This document shows, piece by piece, positions 49,678 to 60,674 of a stretch of 64,000 bases of DNA; positions within the stretch are counted from its first letter, which is position 1; each line of letters starts with the position of its first letter. The stretch is from positions 128,001-192,000 of the forward strand of contig CAVXRD010000004.1 of assembly GCA_963764165.1 (NCBI GenBank). The letters are read 5' to 3'. This DNA comes from an uncultured Verrucomicrobiae bacterium. Its GTDB lineage: Bacteria; Verrucomicrobiota; Verrucomicrobiia; Limisphaerales; Palsa-1400. The position numbers and the translations under genes are program-made. The notes below the pieces were generated by a model. That model did not search any database. It saw only the letters and a program-made list of their open reading frames with translations, and was not told the DNA's origin.

Positions 49678-50883
49678 ATGAGCAGTCACAAAGTCTGGAA
49701 TCACTGGCGCGTCGGCGCTATTTCGCTATGGGCGTGCATGGGAATAATGGGAATGAATGCAACCGCCGCAGACAACTCACTGGTCATGTCTGTTTCACCT
49801 CCGAGCAATACCCTCGTCATGCCGCGATCCATGTTTACGGTGACATGGACGGTTCAAAACACGGGAACCACTACGTGGACACCTACCCAAAATGGCTACA
49901 CCATGAACCTTGTTGGAAAAGACAGCATGGGGGCCATTCCTGTTTACACGAACACGTATTCGAAGCATTACGAGCCAAACGCAATTATTGACAGCGGAAA
50001 ATCCATTGCCCCAGGGCAGCAAGCGACCTTCCGGATGACATTTATCGCGCCGGAAACCCCGGGCGCGGTCACCGACATCTTCCAGTTGAACAATGCCAGC
50101 AGCGTGTTCTTTGGACCGCAATTCGCCGCGCAAGTTGTCGTCGCGCAGGCCGGCTCGACCAACCAATATGATCGCGCCAAAGCGGTTTCGTATGCCAACA
50201 ATTACGCGGGCTACATTGTTGGCGACGGTTATTTTTGGACGAATGGATCGGACTATTATTACTACGGCGCAGGGCAGCCGGTACCCACCACGCTGGTCGG
50301 CGATGATTGCGCGCATTTTGTCTCGTGCTGCATCGGCAGCCAGGGAACGCAATGGGGCGGCGGCTTGAAAATCCCGAGTCGGGTGCCCCCAACATACGGC
50401 GAACCCGGAGCTGGCGCGCTGGTCAACACCGTGTTGATCGCGCCCGGCTACGCCACTGAAGTATCGTCGCTGAGTGAAATGTCCCCCGGTGATGTCATCG
50501 GCTGGAACTGGGAGGGCGACACCGATATTGCAGACCTCGATCACGTTACGATTTATCTTGGCAACGGCCTCACCGGCTCCCACGCTGAATCTTGCCTCGA
50601 TGTCTCCGCCAACACCTGGTACCAGAGCGGCGAGTCGGAAGCCGTTCGGCATTTGATTCACATCTATGATGCTCCGACCATTACATGCGGCAAAGCCGGG
50701 GGCAATTTGGTTCTGTCCTGGGGGACGAACTGGACTGGCTATGTATTGCAATCCTCCGCATCCCTGGCGGCCGGCTCAGCGTGGAGCAACGTAAAAACTG
50801 CGCCGACCAAAGTGGGAAGATTGAATCAATTAACCACACCGATGTCGCAAGCTGACGCGTATTTTCGTCTGGTTCTGCCTTGA
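49678..50883 (+). CDS. Secreted Ig-like plus Amidase_6-type Cys/His hydrolase with C-terminal YFRL module
   Basis: FTVTWTVQNTGTTTW; YDRAKAVSYA, DCAHFVSCC, PGDVI, DHVTIY; ends AYFRLVLP. Confidence 0.75.
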   Translation: MSSHKVWNHWRVGAISLWACMGIMGMNATAADNSLVMSVSPPSNTLVMPRSMFTVTWTVQNTGTTTWTPTQNGYTMNLVGKDSMGAIPVYTNTYSKHYEPNAIIDSGKSIAPGQQATFRMTFIAPETPGAVTDIFQLNNASSVFFGPQFAAQVVVAQAGSTNQYDRAKAVSYANNYAGYIVGDGYFWTNGSDYYYYGAGQPVPTTLVGDDCAHFVSCCIGSQGTQWGGGLKIPSRVPPTYGEPGAGALVNTVLIAPGYATEVSSLSEMSPGDVIGWNWEGDTDIADLDHVTIYLGNGLTGSHAESCLDVSANTWYQSGESEAVRHLIHIYDAPTITCGKAGGNLVLSWGTNWTGYVLQSSASLAAGSAWSNVKTAPTKVGRLNQLTTPMSQADAYFRLVLP

Positions 50884-51003
50884 TTTAATTGACTGCACTG
50901 GGAACGGCAGGGCGATCGAACAACAAGGCCACAAACACAATGAAGTGGGCTGACCCAGCAAACTGAAGATTCTTCATGCAACACTCCAGCCATTGGGTTC
51001 ACC

Positions 51004-52311
51004 TCAAACCGAAGGCATCCATTGGCGGACAATCTGGCTGGTGGGCACGCGGGCTTTCAACTCGTGAAGCAGCATGCACATGCCGGATTCCGTGCGGGAC
51101 AAGAATACAAACTCCGGCGGCAGAAACTTGTCTTTCAATAGCGCCCCGGCTAGCCGGGTCATTTCATCCATAAACTTCCCGTTTGAAAAATCGACCGTTG
51201 GAGGAGAAGCGTCCAGAGGATGAAATTGATCGTAGAACTGGCGGATCGCATTCATGCATCGGCGAACGCGCGGTTCGGACGAGGAAACCTTCGGACCGAA
51301 CACACCGTGAATCAATTCGGCGAAGAGCCTTTCGTCATTGACCCATTGGCGCGTCCAGAATTGCGCATAACTGCGGACAGCCACCGGCTTGAGGTATTTC
51401 ACGCAGCCGAAATCGATCAAGCCGATACTGCCGTCACTATCAAACAAATAGTTGCCGGGATGCGGATCGGCATGCAGCGCCTGCAGGCGAAACATTTGGA
51501 AGAAGAACAAATGCGTCAGCCCGGCCCCAATTTTATCACGAACTTCCTGCGATGGGTTCTGTTCCAAAAATTCGCGCAACCGCAGCCCTCTGACGCGGGA
51601 CATGGTGAGCACCTGATCGCCGCTTAGCTCCCTGTAAACTTTCGGAAGACGGACAAAATCCAACGGGGCCAAATTTTTGGCAAAGAACTGAATGTTGCGC
51701 GCTTCGTTCTCATAGTCGGTTTCCTCGAGAATGCCGCGTTCCGCTTCGCGCACAACCTCGCTCCGCAGGTGTCCGCTGAGCCGTGCCGCAAAGCCAGCCG
51801 CCCGCAGCATTTTAAAATCACTCTCGATCGCTTCCCGGATGGCCGGGTATTGAATTTTGACGGCGACCTCCTCGCCCTTTTTGGTGACCGCAAAATGCAC
51901 CTGGCCGAGGGAGGCCGCCGCAAAAGGCACGGGGTCGAACGAGCGAAAGACTTCCTCTGGAAACTTCCCCAATGCGCCCTTGAATTGCGCCCGCATTAAT
52001 GTGGCATGCATCGGCGGAGCCTGCATTTGCAATCCGGCCAATTCCTCCACCACATCGGCGTCGAGAAGATGGGTCTGCATGCTCAGCGCCTGCCCAAGCT
52101 TCATTACGGGCCCGCGCAACGTCTGCAAGTCTTCGCGGATTTTTCGCGCGTTCCTGCGGTGAAGCGTCTGGCGCTTTTCGTTGCTTTGCCGCTCGTCCAA
52201 AAAGAGGCGCTGAAACTGGTATCCAATGTAACTCCCGGCAATTCCCGCTCCAAGGCGAGCCAGCTTCGCCGCTCGGCCTATGGGCTTTGGTTCTGTTTTC
52301 ACCAGTTCCAA
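51004..52311 (-). CDS. AarF/ABC1/UbiB family atypical kinase
   Basis: [40 protein letters not shown]. Confidence 0.92.
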   Translation of the reverse strand: MELVKTEPKPIGRAAKLARLGAGIAGSYIGYQFQRLFLDERQSNEKRQTLHRRNARKIREDLQTLRGPVMKLGQALSMQTHLLDADVVEELAGLQMQAPPMHATLMRAQFKGALGKFPEEVFRSFDPVPFAAASLGQVHFAVTKKGEEVAVKIQYPAIREAIESDFKMLRAAGFAARLSGHLRSEVVREAERGILEETDYENEARNIQFFAKNLAPLDFVRLPKVYRELSGDQVLTMSRVRGLRLREFLEQNPSQEVRDKIGAGLTHLFFFQMFRLQALHADPHPGNYLFDSDGSIGLIDFGCVKYLKPVAVRSYAQFWTRQWVNDERLFAELIHGVFGPKVSSSEPRVRRCMNAIRQFYDQFHPLDASPPTVDFSNGKFMDEMTRLAGALLKDKFLPPEFVFLSRTESGMCMLLHELKARVPTSQIVRQWMPSV

Positions 52312-52961
52312 TCCCCTTTCTCCAGCACGCGCATGCCCAATTTCAGAGATCGATCCAGCAGCGCGACGGTCTTCTGCTTGCGCCGCGATGTGTCATGGAG
52401 CCAGTGCAGGACGATGCCAATGTAGAACAGCCCGACCGCGTAGGCACCCAAGTCGCCCACGCGCGGAATTTCCTCCTTCTTCTCCGCCTGTTCGAGGATG
52501 CCACGCACGAACCGCAGATACTTCAACCGCAACTCCTGGGACTCCAAACTCAGGGGGCTGAGCTTGGAATGCGGCTGCAGAGAACGAAAAAACACCGCGC
52601 CGATGAAATCTTCATAGGGCGCGACGTACTCCAACTGCCGGTGAATGATCGCGAAAAGCTTTTCGGGAAGCGGCGCCCGATGAAGCTCCGCCTGCTTGCC
52701 ATACCACTCCACCAGATCGTTGGTTTCCTTTTGGAAAAAGAAAAGCGCGAGATCCTCCTTTGTCGCGAAATAATTGAAGAGCGTTCCCTCCGCGATTCCA
52801 GCTTTTTGAGAAATCTCTTTTGTCGTGGTTTCGTCGAGGCCTTTTTCGCGGAACAGCGCCAGCGCCGCCGCCAGGATTCTTTCCTTTGTCCTCTCCTTGT
52901 TGCTGTCCCGTTTGCTCTGCGGCTTTGCGTCCGCCTTTTTCGTCTTGCGTGAATTTTTCAT
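52299..52961 (-). CDS. TetR family regulator
   Basis: ILAAALALF...[27 protein letters not shown]. Confidence 0.92.
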   Translation of the reverse strand: MKNSRKTKKADAKPQSKRDSNKERTKERILAAALALFREKGLDETTTKEISQKAGIAEGTLFNYFATKEDLALFFFQKETNDLVEWYGKQAELHRAPLPEKLFAIIHRQLEYVAPYEDFIGAVFFRSLQPHSKLSPLSLESQELRLKYLRFVRGILEQAEKKEEIPRVGDLGAYAVGLFYIGIVLHWLHDTSRRKQKTVALLDRSLKLGMRVLEKGDWNW

Positions 52962-52965
52962 AAAT

Positions 52966-53031
52966 TATGAGCGCACTCATATTCATAAGCGAGACCCGCG
53001 ATTCCGTCAAGTGCAACATGAGTGCGCTCAT
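52966..53031. promoter_or_regulatory. Pair of palindromic TetR operators flanking a promoter
   Basis: ATGAGCGCACTCAT (52967-52980) and its exact inverse ATGAGTGCGCTCAT (53018-53031); minus-strand TTGACG-N17-TATGAA between them. Confidence 0.75.
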
Positions 53032-53300
53032 ATTTCATTGGAATTCAGGGTGGATGCGAAGAGGAAAAGCCTGCAAGCGCTTTTTAATGAAGCGAGCTTC
53101 CGCGCCGAGAACCGGGATTTTTTGGCAAAAGAAACGCCCGGCCTCAAAGCAATCCTGTGGAAAATGATTTTGCCACCAGAGCTAAGGCGCCAGCGGCTGT
53201 TGCCATGTGTCATCGTGGGCGGCTTCTTCTTTCCGTCGCGAACCATGCGCGCAAGAGGCCAATAAAATAACAATCGCGAATGACCATCTCATAACACGTC

Positions 53301-54383
53301 TCAGCGGGGCTTCCGTCGAAACAAGTAGTGCGACACAAGCCATTCCTCCCCATCTCGAAATCCCCACAATTCCGCGCAGGCCATAAAAAACACCCGCCAA
53401 TAGGCCCACCACCGCGTGGCGTTTTGAGCGCCGTACACTTTCGCAAAGAGAGGGCGGATTTCACGCTGATGCGCGTCCATGTTTTTGAGCCATGCTTCGG
53501 CGGTTTTTTCGTAGTGCCGCCCGTTGACGCGCCAGTAATCCTCTGTAACGAAGTGAGTTTGAAAATAGAAAAGCAGATCCTCGGAAGGCATCATTCCGCC
53601 CGTAAAAAAGTGGCGGGCCATCCAGTCTGAGTTTTCCCGCGCCACAAAATGATAAGCATATTTGCGATGCGCAAAAATATGGACGAACAACAGCCCGTCC
53701 AGCTTCAACCAGCGGCTGATGTTTCCAGAGAGCCGCTCAAAATTCTTCATGTGCTCGAACATCTCCACTGAGACAACCCGATCAAATTTCTCCGCAATGT
53801 CGAAATGATTCATGTCGCAGGTAATAACCCGCAAATTCGACAAGCCGCGCCTTTGCGCCTCGCCATCGACAAATAGCTTTTGCGACGCCGAATTCGAAAC
53901 AGCCGTGATTCGGGAATTGGGATAGCGCTCCGCCATCCACAGAGAAAGAGAACCCCAGCCGCATCCCAATTCCAGAATGGAGCTGCCATCGTTGATTCTA
54001 GCCCGCTCGCACGTGAGTTTGAGCATGGCCTCCTCGGCCGCGTCGAGAGTTGTCACCCCGGCAGGCCAATAAGCGGAGCTGTATTTGAGCCGGCGGCCAA
54101 GGCAAAGCTGGTAGAACCGCGCCGGCACTTCGTAATGCTGCTCGTTGGCCGCCGCCGTCTCGATAGCTATGGGGGATTGCTTCAGGCCCGCAACGAAATT
54201 CGTCAAGCGTTCCCGCTGCAGATCCTCATTGGGTTCCATTTCTTCCTTCAATCGAGCGCGCAGCAAGCGCCGGATGCCGATGCGGATGAGCCAGTCCGGC
54301 AGGAGATTGTTTTCGAGCAAGCGGTCCAGCGTTGAGGACGGCGGCGGAGCCGGGGCGCGGATTACTTCGGCGCCGGCATTCAA
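53301..54383 (-). CDS. CFA-synthase-family SAM methyltransferase (short, CNMT-like subtype)
   Basis: [42 protein letters not shown]; start uncertain. Confidence 0.88.
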   Translation of the reverse strand: MNAGAEVIRAPAPPPSSTLDRLLENNLLPDWLIRIGIRRLLRARLKEEMEPNEDLQRERLTNFVAGLKQSPIAIETAAANEQHYEVPARFYQLCLGRRLKYSSAYWPAGVTTLDAAEEAMLKLTCERARINDGSSILELGCGWGSLSLWMAERYPNSRITAVSNSASQKLFVDGEAQRRGLSNLRVITCDMNHFDIAEKFDRVVSVEMFEHMKNFERLSGNISRWLKLDGLLFVHIFAHRKYAYHFVARENSDWMARHFFTGGMMPSEDLLFYFQTHFVTEDYWRVNGRHYEKTAEAWLKNMDAHQREIRPLFAKVYGAQNATRWWAYWRVFFMACAELWGFRDGEEWLVSHYLFRRKPR

Positions 54384-54411
54384 TGTTATTGTATCGTGAT
54401 GACCCACAATT

Positions 54412-55201
54412 CTATTTGGTAAACCACGGCACGAACGCGCTCGTCGTGCGTTGATATTCCCGATACGCCTCACCTCGGCGCTTCAGCGAAAGTTTTTCGG
54501 TCAGGGGGATTCCCGTCACGCGCAGCAAAAAGTAAAGCATCAGCGCCGGGCAAAAAACCGTCCAGCAGCCTCCGGGCGAATTCCACGCAAACATGAAAAA
54601 TCCAACCCACACCAGCCATTCGAAAAAGTAATTTGGGTGCCGTGAATATCGCCACAAGCCGGCTTTGCAAACCAATCCCTTGTTCTCGGAGCGGGAAACG
54701 AAGGTCTTCAATTGATGATCCGCCAACGCCTCGCCGATAACTCCAGCCAGTACCGACTAACGCCCCTGCCCATTCCATTGCGCTTATGCCAGGCCGCGGG
54801 TTCAGGCACGGGACTGCAAACACACTCGAAAAAGCCGCAATTGAAAGCGCCTGGAATTGAAAAAAACAAAATGTTTTCTTCACCAACTTCGGCCCCCACC
54901 CCACCCGCAGGTTGACGTAGCGCGCGTCTTCTCGCGGGTGATGGCGGTAAACGCGCCATGCGACATGGATGCCAAGCCGCGCGCTCCACAGAACGGCCAA
55001 TCCCGCCACGAGCAGGCGGCGCTCGAGATCACCGAGGGTTAGCGCCGCGAACGCGATCGCCAGTGGGAGAAAACTTAGCGCCCAAGCAATGTCAACAATG
55101 CCAAGGTTTTGAATTCGCAACGCCACCCACCAGACGCAAAGCATCAACACAATTGCAAAACCCGCCGCGCCGAGAATCATCCATGGAAATTCATTCAGCA
55201 T
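54412..55201 (-). CDS. DUF1295 (steroid 5-alpha-reductase-like) membrane protein, frameshift near 54753
   Basis: IVDIAW, EDARY in one frame; [24 protein letters not shown] in another. Confidence 0.82.
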
Positions 55202-55548
55202 GCGGTGGAAGCCTCCGTTTCCCGGCGAAGAAGCACGTCTTGGATGCCCGCCGTGGGCGGCAGGCGAAAAAGCGTGATCAGCATGTAAATCGACATCGCG
55301 ATGTTTCCCAAAAGCAAAATGGCGATCAGCCACAAGATGCGCGCCAGCCAGCTTGTCTCTTTGCATGCCACCCACGCGTAAAAAGTCAGAAAGCCAAAGT
55401 AGCAATCCAGCAGCGTCGCAATGAACCAAGGGTGGGTCGCCACGGCATGCGGCGTTTTCCAAAGGGCGCCCTGCTCGGAGGCCCAGCTTGTCCCAGCCAG
55501 CATCGAGATTAAGACGAAAATAAAACAAATTCGGAGCCGCCAGATCAT
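55195..55548 (-). CDS. DUF1475 family membrane protein
   Basis: PWFIATLLDCYFGFLTFYAWV, LLGNIAM. Confidence 0.78.
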   Translation of the reverse strand: MIWRLRICFIFVLISMLAGTSWASEQGALWKTPHAVATHPWFIATLLDCYFGFLTFYAWVACKETSWLARILWLIAILLLGNIAMSIYMLITLFRLPPTAGIQDVLLRRETEASTAC

Positions 55549-56825
55549 GATGCCGCAAGGGTTGGGTTATTGGGCCGCGTGTAGACCGCCTGCACGACGG
55601 TGATGTTTCGCATCGCAAATGCGGCCTCGCAGTAAGAAAAATAGTAGTTCCATTTGCGAATGAAGCGCGCATCGAAGCCAAGCCGGCGAACGCCAGCTTC
55701 ATTCGCGTTGAACGAAGCCCGCCATAGGCGCAGCGTTTCCGCGTAGGAAAGACCGAGGTCTCTTAGATCGTGCAAGAACAAATCCCCTGTCCGGCGCAGC
55801 GCTTGATTCACGCGATGCAATGAAAGCAGAAGCGAACCAGGAAAAATGTGCTTCTGAATCCAATCGACGTTCTTGCGAAGCGACTCGTGCCGGGTGTCGG
55901 GACACGTGATCATTTGCAGCGCGAGCAATCCATTTGGCTTCAAAACTTCATGGCACTTGGCGAAATACGTCTCGAGATACGCATCGCCAACAGCTTCAAG
56001 CATCTCTATGGAGGCGATCTTATCGAATTGGCCGGGGATTTTCCGGTAATCCATCAGCTTGATTTCAACGCGATCCGACAAGCGTTCTTTCTCGAAGAGG
56101 TCGCGCGCGAATTTGCATTGCTCCTCGGAAATCGTGACCGTGGTCACGCGGACGCCAAAATATTTTGCGGCGTGCCTGCCGAATCCTCCCCAACCCGAAC
56201 CGATCTCCAAAACGTGTTCGCCGGGTTTTAATTTGAGCTGGCGGCACAACCGGTCGTATTTTGCGACCTGCGCTTGTTCGAGCGTCTGCTTGCGTGACGA
56301 AAAAAGGGCGGACGAATATGTCATTGTCGGATCAAGGAACAGCTTGTAAAAGTCGTTTCCCAAGTCGTAATGTTCCGAAATATTTCTGCGGCTTGTCGCA
56401 AGGCTATTAGGACGAAGCAAGTGTCCGAGGCGATTCCACCAGCCGAAGAGATTCACCAGAATTTTCTTAGCCTTTGCGCCAGAGAGCGTTGGTGCATTTT
56501 CGATATTCAGAATGAACCATGAAATGACGCGCGTGATATCGTCTGTCTCCCACTCACCTGCCACGTATGATTCACCAAAACCAACGTCCCCAAAAAGCAC
56601 GCACCGGCGAAAGAACTCCAAATTGATTACGCGGATGTTGGCGGAAATTTCCGCCCCGGGCTGGCCAAAGAATTTCTGCGTTCCATCGGGCAGGCGCAAT
56701 TGAAGGCAGCCGCGTGTCATCGTTTCCAGCGAACGCAGGACGGCTCTCTGATAAAAACCGGCGGCGCCGCCGCCCGCTTTCGACGACGGGCAGGCTGAAG
56801 TGATTGCAGCTTCGTTCGGGTTCAT
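55545..56825 (-). CDS. Cyclopropane-fatty-acyl-phospholipid synthase family methyltransferase (UfaM/CfaS-like)
   Basis: GFGESYVAGEW, NISEHYDLGNDFY, LEIGSGWG, SIEMLEAVG, IFPG. Confidence 0.9.
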   Translation of the reverse strand: MNPNEAAITSACPSSKAGGGAAGFYQRAVLRSLETMTRGCLQLRLPDGTQKFFGQPGAEISANIRVINLEFFRRCVLFGDVGFGESYVAGEWETDDITRVISWFILNIENAPTLSGAKAKKILVNLFGWWNRLGHLLRPNSLATSRRNISEHYDLGNDFYKLFLDPTMTYSSALFSSRKQTLEQAQVAKYDRLCRQLKLKPGEHVLEIGSGWGGFGRHAAKYFGVRVTTVTISEEQCKFARDLFEKERLSDRVEIKLMDYRKIPGQFDKIASIEMLEAVGDAYLETYFAKCHEVLKPNGLLALQMITCPDTRHESLRKNVDWIQKHIFPGSLLLSLHRVNQALRRTGDLFLHDLRDLGLSYAETLRLWRASFNANEAGVRRLGFDARFIRKWNYYFSYCEAAFAMRNITVVQAVYTRPNNPTLAAS

Positions 56826-57622
56826 TTCGCAGCCAGAGTTGAATGTGGGCGCAGCACATCGCGCTGCAGCGCCAAATCGTTTTGTTTGCGATAAAACGGA
56901 ACGCGTTTTAGCCACAGGCGGAACGCGTGCCAATGAATGAGAAAGATGACTTTCAGCGTCACCATCGGATATTTGATTGAGAACCAAAGAAGGTTTCGGT
57001 TGCCCAAGGCTGCGCGACACCCCGTGAGGGCGCTCATCAAGATTTTCTCGCCACCTTCGAGGTCATCGATCTTGATGTTCAGCGTTTCTCCGGGCACGCG
57101 CAGGCGAAAATCGAATTTCAAATCAAGCCGCGAGAACGGAGAGACATAAAAATGCTTGGCCGTGGTCTTTTGGAAAATCGCGTCCGCTCCAAGATTCCCG
57201 GGACCCAGCAGATACAGTTTCATTTCGCGAAATGTATTGCCGACTTCCGCCACCGCGCACACCGGCTGACCCAGCGCGTCAAAGCAGTAATAAACGGAAA
57301 TGGGATTGAAGATATAGCCGAAGACGCGAGGCAGAGTCAGCAGCATGACGCGCGGCGATCCTTTAATTTCGATTCCATTCGCGGTGACATGCTGGAGAAT
57401 CCGCTGTTTAAGCGAGCCGTTTCCCGCCGGTTCATGATCGGCATCGCGAAAGCTGTAAACATTCCGGCGGTTATGGCTGAAGAGGGCTAGAAGCCACCCT
57501 AGCAATTCGACCTCATCCAAGTCGATGTAGAACATGAAGATGTCATGCTTGAAGGAGTGATTTTTCGGCGCGAGCCGCTGATGCATGACCGAACATTCGT
57601 AAAGGCACGAGTTCACGACCAC
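56822..57622 (-). CDS. DUF1365 family protein (UfaO-like)
   Basis: MHQRLAP, PRVFGYIFNPISVYYC, EVGNTF, KHFYVSPF, IHWHAFRLWLK. Confidence 0.9.
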   Translation of the reverse strand: MVVNSCLYECSVMHQRLAPKNHSFKHDIFMFYIDLDEVELLGWLLALFSHNRRNVYSFRDADHEPAGNGSLKQRILQHVTANGIEIKGSPRVMLLTLPRVFGYIFNPISVYYCFDALGQPVCAVAEVGNTFREMKLYLLGPGNLGADAIFQKTTAKHFYVSPFSRLDLKFDFRLRVPGETLNIKIDDLEGGEKILMSALTGCRAALGNRNLLWFSIKYPMVTLKVIFLIHWHAFRLWLKRVPFYRKQNDLALQRDVLRPHSTLAAK

Positions 57623-58890
57623 AACCTTTCACCAGTGACGACACGGCTGACCTCCAAGGCGGACGTGAACGCGTCTTCATGAAAGCCATTCCTAAAATAG
57701 CTCCCGCAAAACAAAACACTGCTTTTTGGCGCATTCAATTTTGGCAAGTTTTCTTGAGCCTTGATCGCGCCGAGGCTGAACAACGGATGTTCATATTGAA
57801 TGCGTTTGCGGACCGCCGCCGGATTCACGGAATTTTCGCCATTGATCGAGACGAAATAATTTTCCCGGCCAGAGACGCCCTGCAAACGGTTCATCCAGTA
57901 GGTCGTTGAAGGATGGATATCGCCGCGCTCGTTCCGGTCGATGCGATAATTCCAAGAAGACCAGCACCGTTTTGCCTTCGGCATCACGCTGGCATCGGTG
58001 TGCAAGAGCGCAGAATTCGGCTGATATTTAAATTCGCCTAGCCAATTCGTTTCCCGGAGATCGGCATCTGACAAGAGATTCAAGGCTTCGTCGGCGTGCG
58101 TGGCGAGAATCACGCGGTCGTACAGCTCGGCCCCGCCGGATTCATCTGCGACACTGGCGCCGGCGCTGCCTCGGCGGACAGACACCGCGCCACGCTTCAA
58201 CTTGACGCTCTCCCGAAACGGCGCAGTCAGTTTTTGGACGTAGGATTTTGCGCCATTCACCACCGTCAGCCACGGATGCTGCGTATGCAGCCCAAGAAAA
58301 CCGTGGTTGTGAAAAAAGCGCAGCAGCGCCATGACGGGGAATTCGAGCATCAATTGAGGCGGCGTCGACCAGACGGCGGAACTCATTGGCACGAGATAGA
58401 AATTGAGAAAATCATTGCCGTACTTTCTTTCAGCCACGTATTCCGCCAGCGTTTGCGATTCGAAGGCCGGATCTGCCAGAGCTTCCACCGCCTCGGAATT
58501 AAAACGATTGATTTGCAAAATCATGTGCCAAAACCGCGGGCGCACGAGGTTTCTTCGCTGCGCAAACAGTCCACCCAGGCCTGAGCCGCAAAATTCCAAT
58601 CCTGTCGGCAAATGCTGAACGCTGAAAGACATCGGCGCGGGCTTGGTCTCCACCCCGAGTTCGCGGAACAGGCGCGTCAGGTTCGGGTACGTTATTTCGT
58701 TGAACACCATGAAGCCTGTATCAACCGGAATGGCCCCACTCTCTTCCATAACGCAAATGGTGTTGGAATGCCCGCCCGCATACTCGTTTTTCTCGTATAG
58801 CGTCAAATCGAATTTGCGGTGCAGGAAATGCGCGCAGCCCAGCCCGGCAATTCCAGTCCCAATAATTGCCAGCCTTCGCTTGGAAATCAT
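57613..58890 (-). CDS. FAD-dependent amine-oxidase-family protein (UfaD-like)
   Basis: GTGIAG, GGHSNT, VDTGFMVFN..TYPN, FFHNHG, WSSWNY, GFHED. Confidence 0.9.
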   Translation of the reverse strand: MISKRRLAIIGTGIAGLGCAHFLHRKFDLTLYEKNEYAGGHSNTICVMEESGAIPVDTGFMVFNEITYPNLTRLFRELGVETKPAPMSFSVQHLPTGLEFCGSGLGGLFAQRRNLVRPRFWHMILQINRFNSEAVEALADPAFESQTLAEYVAERKYGNDFLNFYLVPMSSAVWSTPPQLMLEFPVMALLRFFHNHGFLGLHTQHPWLTVVNGAKSYVQKLTAPFRESVKLKRGAVSVRRGSAGASVADESGGAELYDRVILATHADEALNLLSDADLRETNWLGEFKYQPNSALLHTDASVMPKAKRCWSSWNYRIDRNERGDIHPSTTYWMNRLQGVSGRENYFVSINGENSVNPAAVRKRIQYEHPLFSLGAIKAQENLPKLNAPKSSVLFCGSYFRNGFHEDAFTSALEVSRVVTGERLWS

Positions 58891-59864
58891 GGATTGGGAT
58901 TTGAAACGAGTCCTGTGGGCAGAACTTCACCTTTAGGTTCATATGCGGAACGCGGGACAGATTTAAGATCCCAAATGAGGCCGGTCCATGAAAGCGCCTT
59001 CAGCAGGTAGTAGGAAACATCGAGTTCCCACCAATAAAAACCCTGCCGGGTCGCGCTCATGTAGCGGTGGTGATTGTTGTGCCAGCCTTCCCCCAGCGTG
59101 ATAATCGCCAGCAGCAGGCTGTTGCGGCTGTTATCCCTGGTGTCATACCGACGTTTGCCGAGAAGATGCGCCAGCGAATTAATCGAGGATGTCGCGTGAA
59201 ACAAAGCCGTTGTGCTGATGAAAAATCCCCAAACCAGCATCTGCCACGAAGATGCGTGCAGCCCCGGAAACCATCTGCCAAGGGCAAGGCCAAGAATAAA
59301 TAAACACCCCGCAAATAGCACGGGAACGACTGAATCAAACCGGTTGAGAAACACCAGCTCGGGATATTTTGCCAAGTCGGCCACTTGCGAGTAATCAGTC
59401 GGAAAATTCCGCGCGCTGGTTATCCACCCAATATGCGACCACCAAAACCCCCGTCTCGACGGGGAGTGGACATCCTCCTCGTCGTCCGAATGCCGGTGAT
59501 GATGGCGGTGCTGGTAGCTCCACCAGAGCGGTCCCCGTTGAACCGAGGTCTCGCCGAGCACCGCAAATAAAAACTGCGCGAAGCGCGACGTTTGAAAAGT
59601 TCGATGCGAGAAATAGCGGTGATAAAATCCGGTGATGGCAAACATGCGGATGAGATACAAAAAGAGCGCCGCTCCCACCGCTGTCCAGCTCCACCCAGCA
59701 AAAAGGACGCCAAGGCAGCCGAGGTGCAAAATGACAAACGGAAACACGCGAATAAATTCCACTTTGTCCGGCTTGGCCAGAATCTTGGCGATGTCGCCGT
59801 TGCCGTAATCGGCGTCAACCCATTGAACCAAAGAGGTTTTCGTCCTTCCCAGCCATATTCGCAT
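58887..59864 (-). CDS. Membrane acyl-CoA (delta-9-type) desaturase
   Basis: His boxes YHRYFSH, HRHHH, EGWHNNHH; start uncertain. Confidence 0.92.
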   Translation of the reverse strand: MRIWLGRTKTSLVQWVDADYGNGDIAKILAKPDKVEFIRVFPFVILHLGCLGVLFAGWSWTAVGAALFLYLIRMFAITGFYHRYFSHRTFQTSRFAQFLFAVLGETSVQRGPLWWSYQHRHHHRHSDDEEDVHSPSRRGFWWSHIGWITSARNFPTDYSQVADLAKYPELVFLNRFDSVVPVLFAGCLFILGLALGRWFPGLHASSWQMLVWGFFISTTALFHATSSINSLAHLLGKRRYDTRDNSRNSLLLAIITLGEGWHNNHHRYMSATRQGFYWWELDVSYYLLKALSWTGLIWDLKSVPRSAYEPKGEVLPTGLVSNPNP

Positions 59865-60014
59865 TTTCTTCACAGCATTAATTTTTTCAGCCTTCCTATC
59901 AATGAATCGTCTGTGGAAGGGCAATGGATGCTAAAATGCCTCTGCGTCCGTTTGCGATCCGCGAGCGTTATTTCATTGTTGAGATGACAACTTGTAACGC
60001 GCCATCAATTTGAT

Positions 60015-60674
60015 ATGAACATCAGCGCGCAAACTTATTTTGTGCGGAGCTTTTTGCTGATTGATGAAGAGCCGTCTGGCAAATCCACAATGTTGTCGAA
60101 GCCGGTGAGCGGGACCAAAGCCACCGATGAAGATATCGAGCTGCTGCGTCAAATCGCGGCCGGGGATCGCGCTGCCTTCGCGGCATTCTACGACAAGTAC
60201 TCCACGCTGCTCTACTCGATTGCGCTGAAAATTCTAAATGACAGCGCCGAAGCGCAAGACGTGCTGCAGGAGACGTTTCTTCAATTGTGGGAAAAGGCCC
60301 CTAATTTTGATCCGGCCCTTGGCAAGGCTTCAAGCTGGGTGGCGATTCTGGCGCGGAACAAAGCGGTGGACAAGCTCCGCGCGTCCCAGCGCCGCTCCCG
60401 CCTGGCTGATGAAGCCGGCGCGCAGGAAGCCATTGTTGCGGAGGGCGCGAAGACGGCCAATGAATCCGTTTACGGCCGCGAAAAATCCGCGATGGTGAAT
60501 TCCGCCCTCGCCTCTCTGCCTCCAGACCAGCGCCGGCCGATTGAACTCGCCTATTTTTCCGGCCTTTCGCAAAGCGAGATTGCGGACGTTTTGCAGGAAC
60601 CGCTTGGCACCATCAAGGCGCGCATCCGCCGCGGATTGCTCAAGCTTCGCGACCAACTGGAGGGCATCTTATGA
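60015..60674 (+). CDS. ECF sigma factor (SigK-like)
   Basis: AQDVLQETFLQLW, ARNKAVD, IELAYFSGLSQSEIA, PLGTIKARIRRGL; start may be 60090. Confidence 0.9.
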   Translation: MNISAQTYFVRSFLLIDEEPSGKSTMLSKPVSGTKATDEDIELLRQIAAGDRAAFAAFYDKYSTLLYSIALKILNDSAEAQDVLQETFLQLWEKAPNFDPALGKASSWVAILARNKAVDKLRASQRRSRLADEAGAQEAIVAEGAKTANESVYGREKSAMVNSALASLPPDQRRPIELAYFSGLSQSEIADVLQEPLGTIKARIRRGLLKLRDQLEGIL

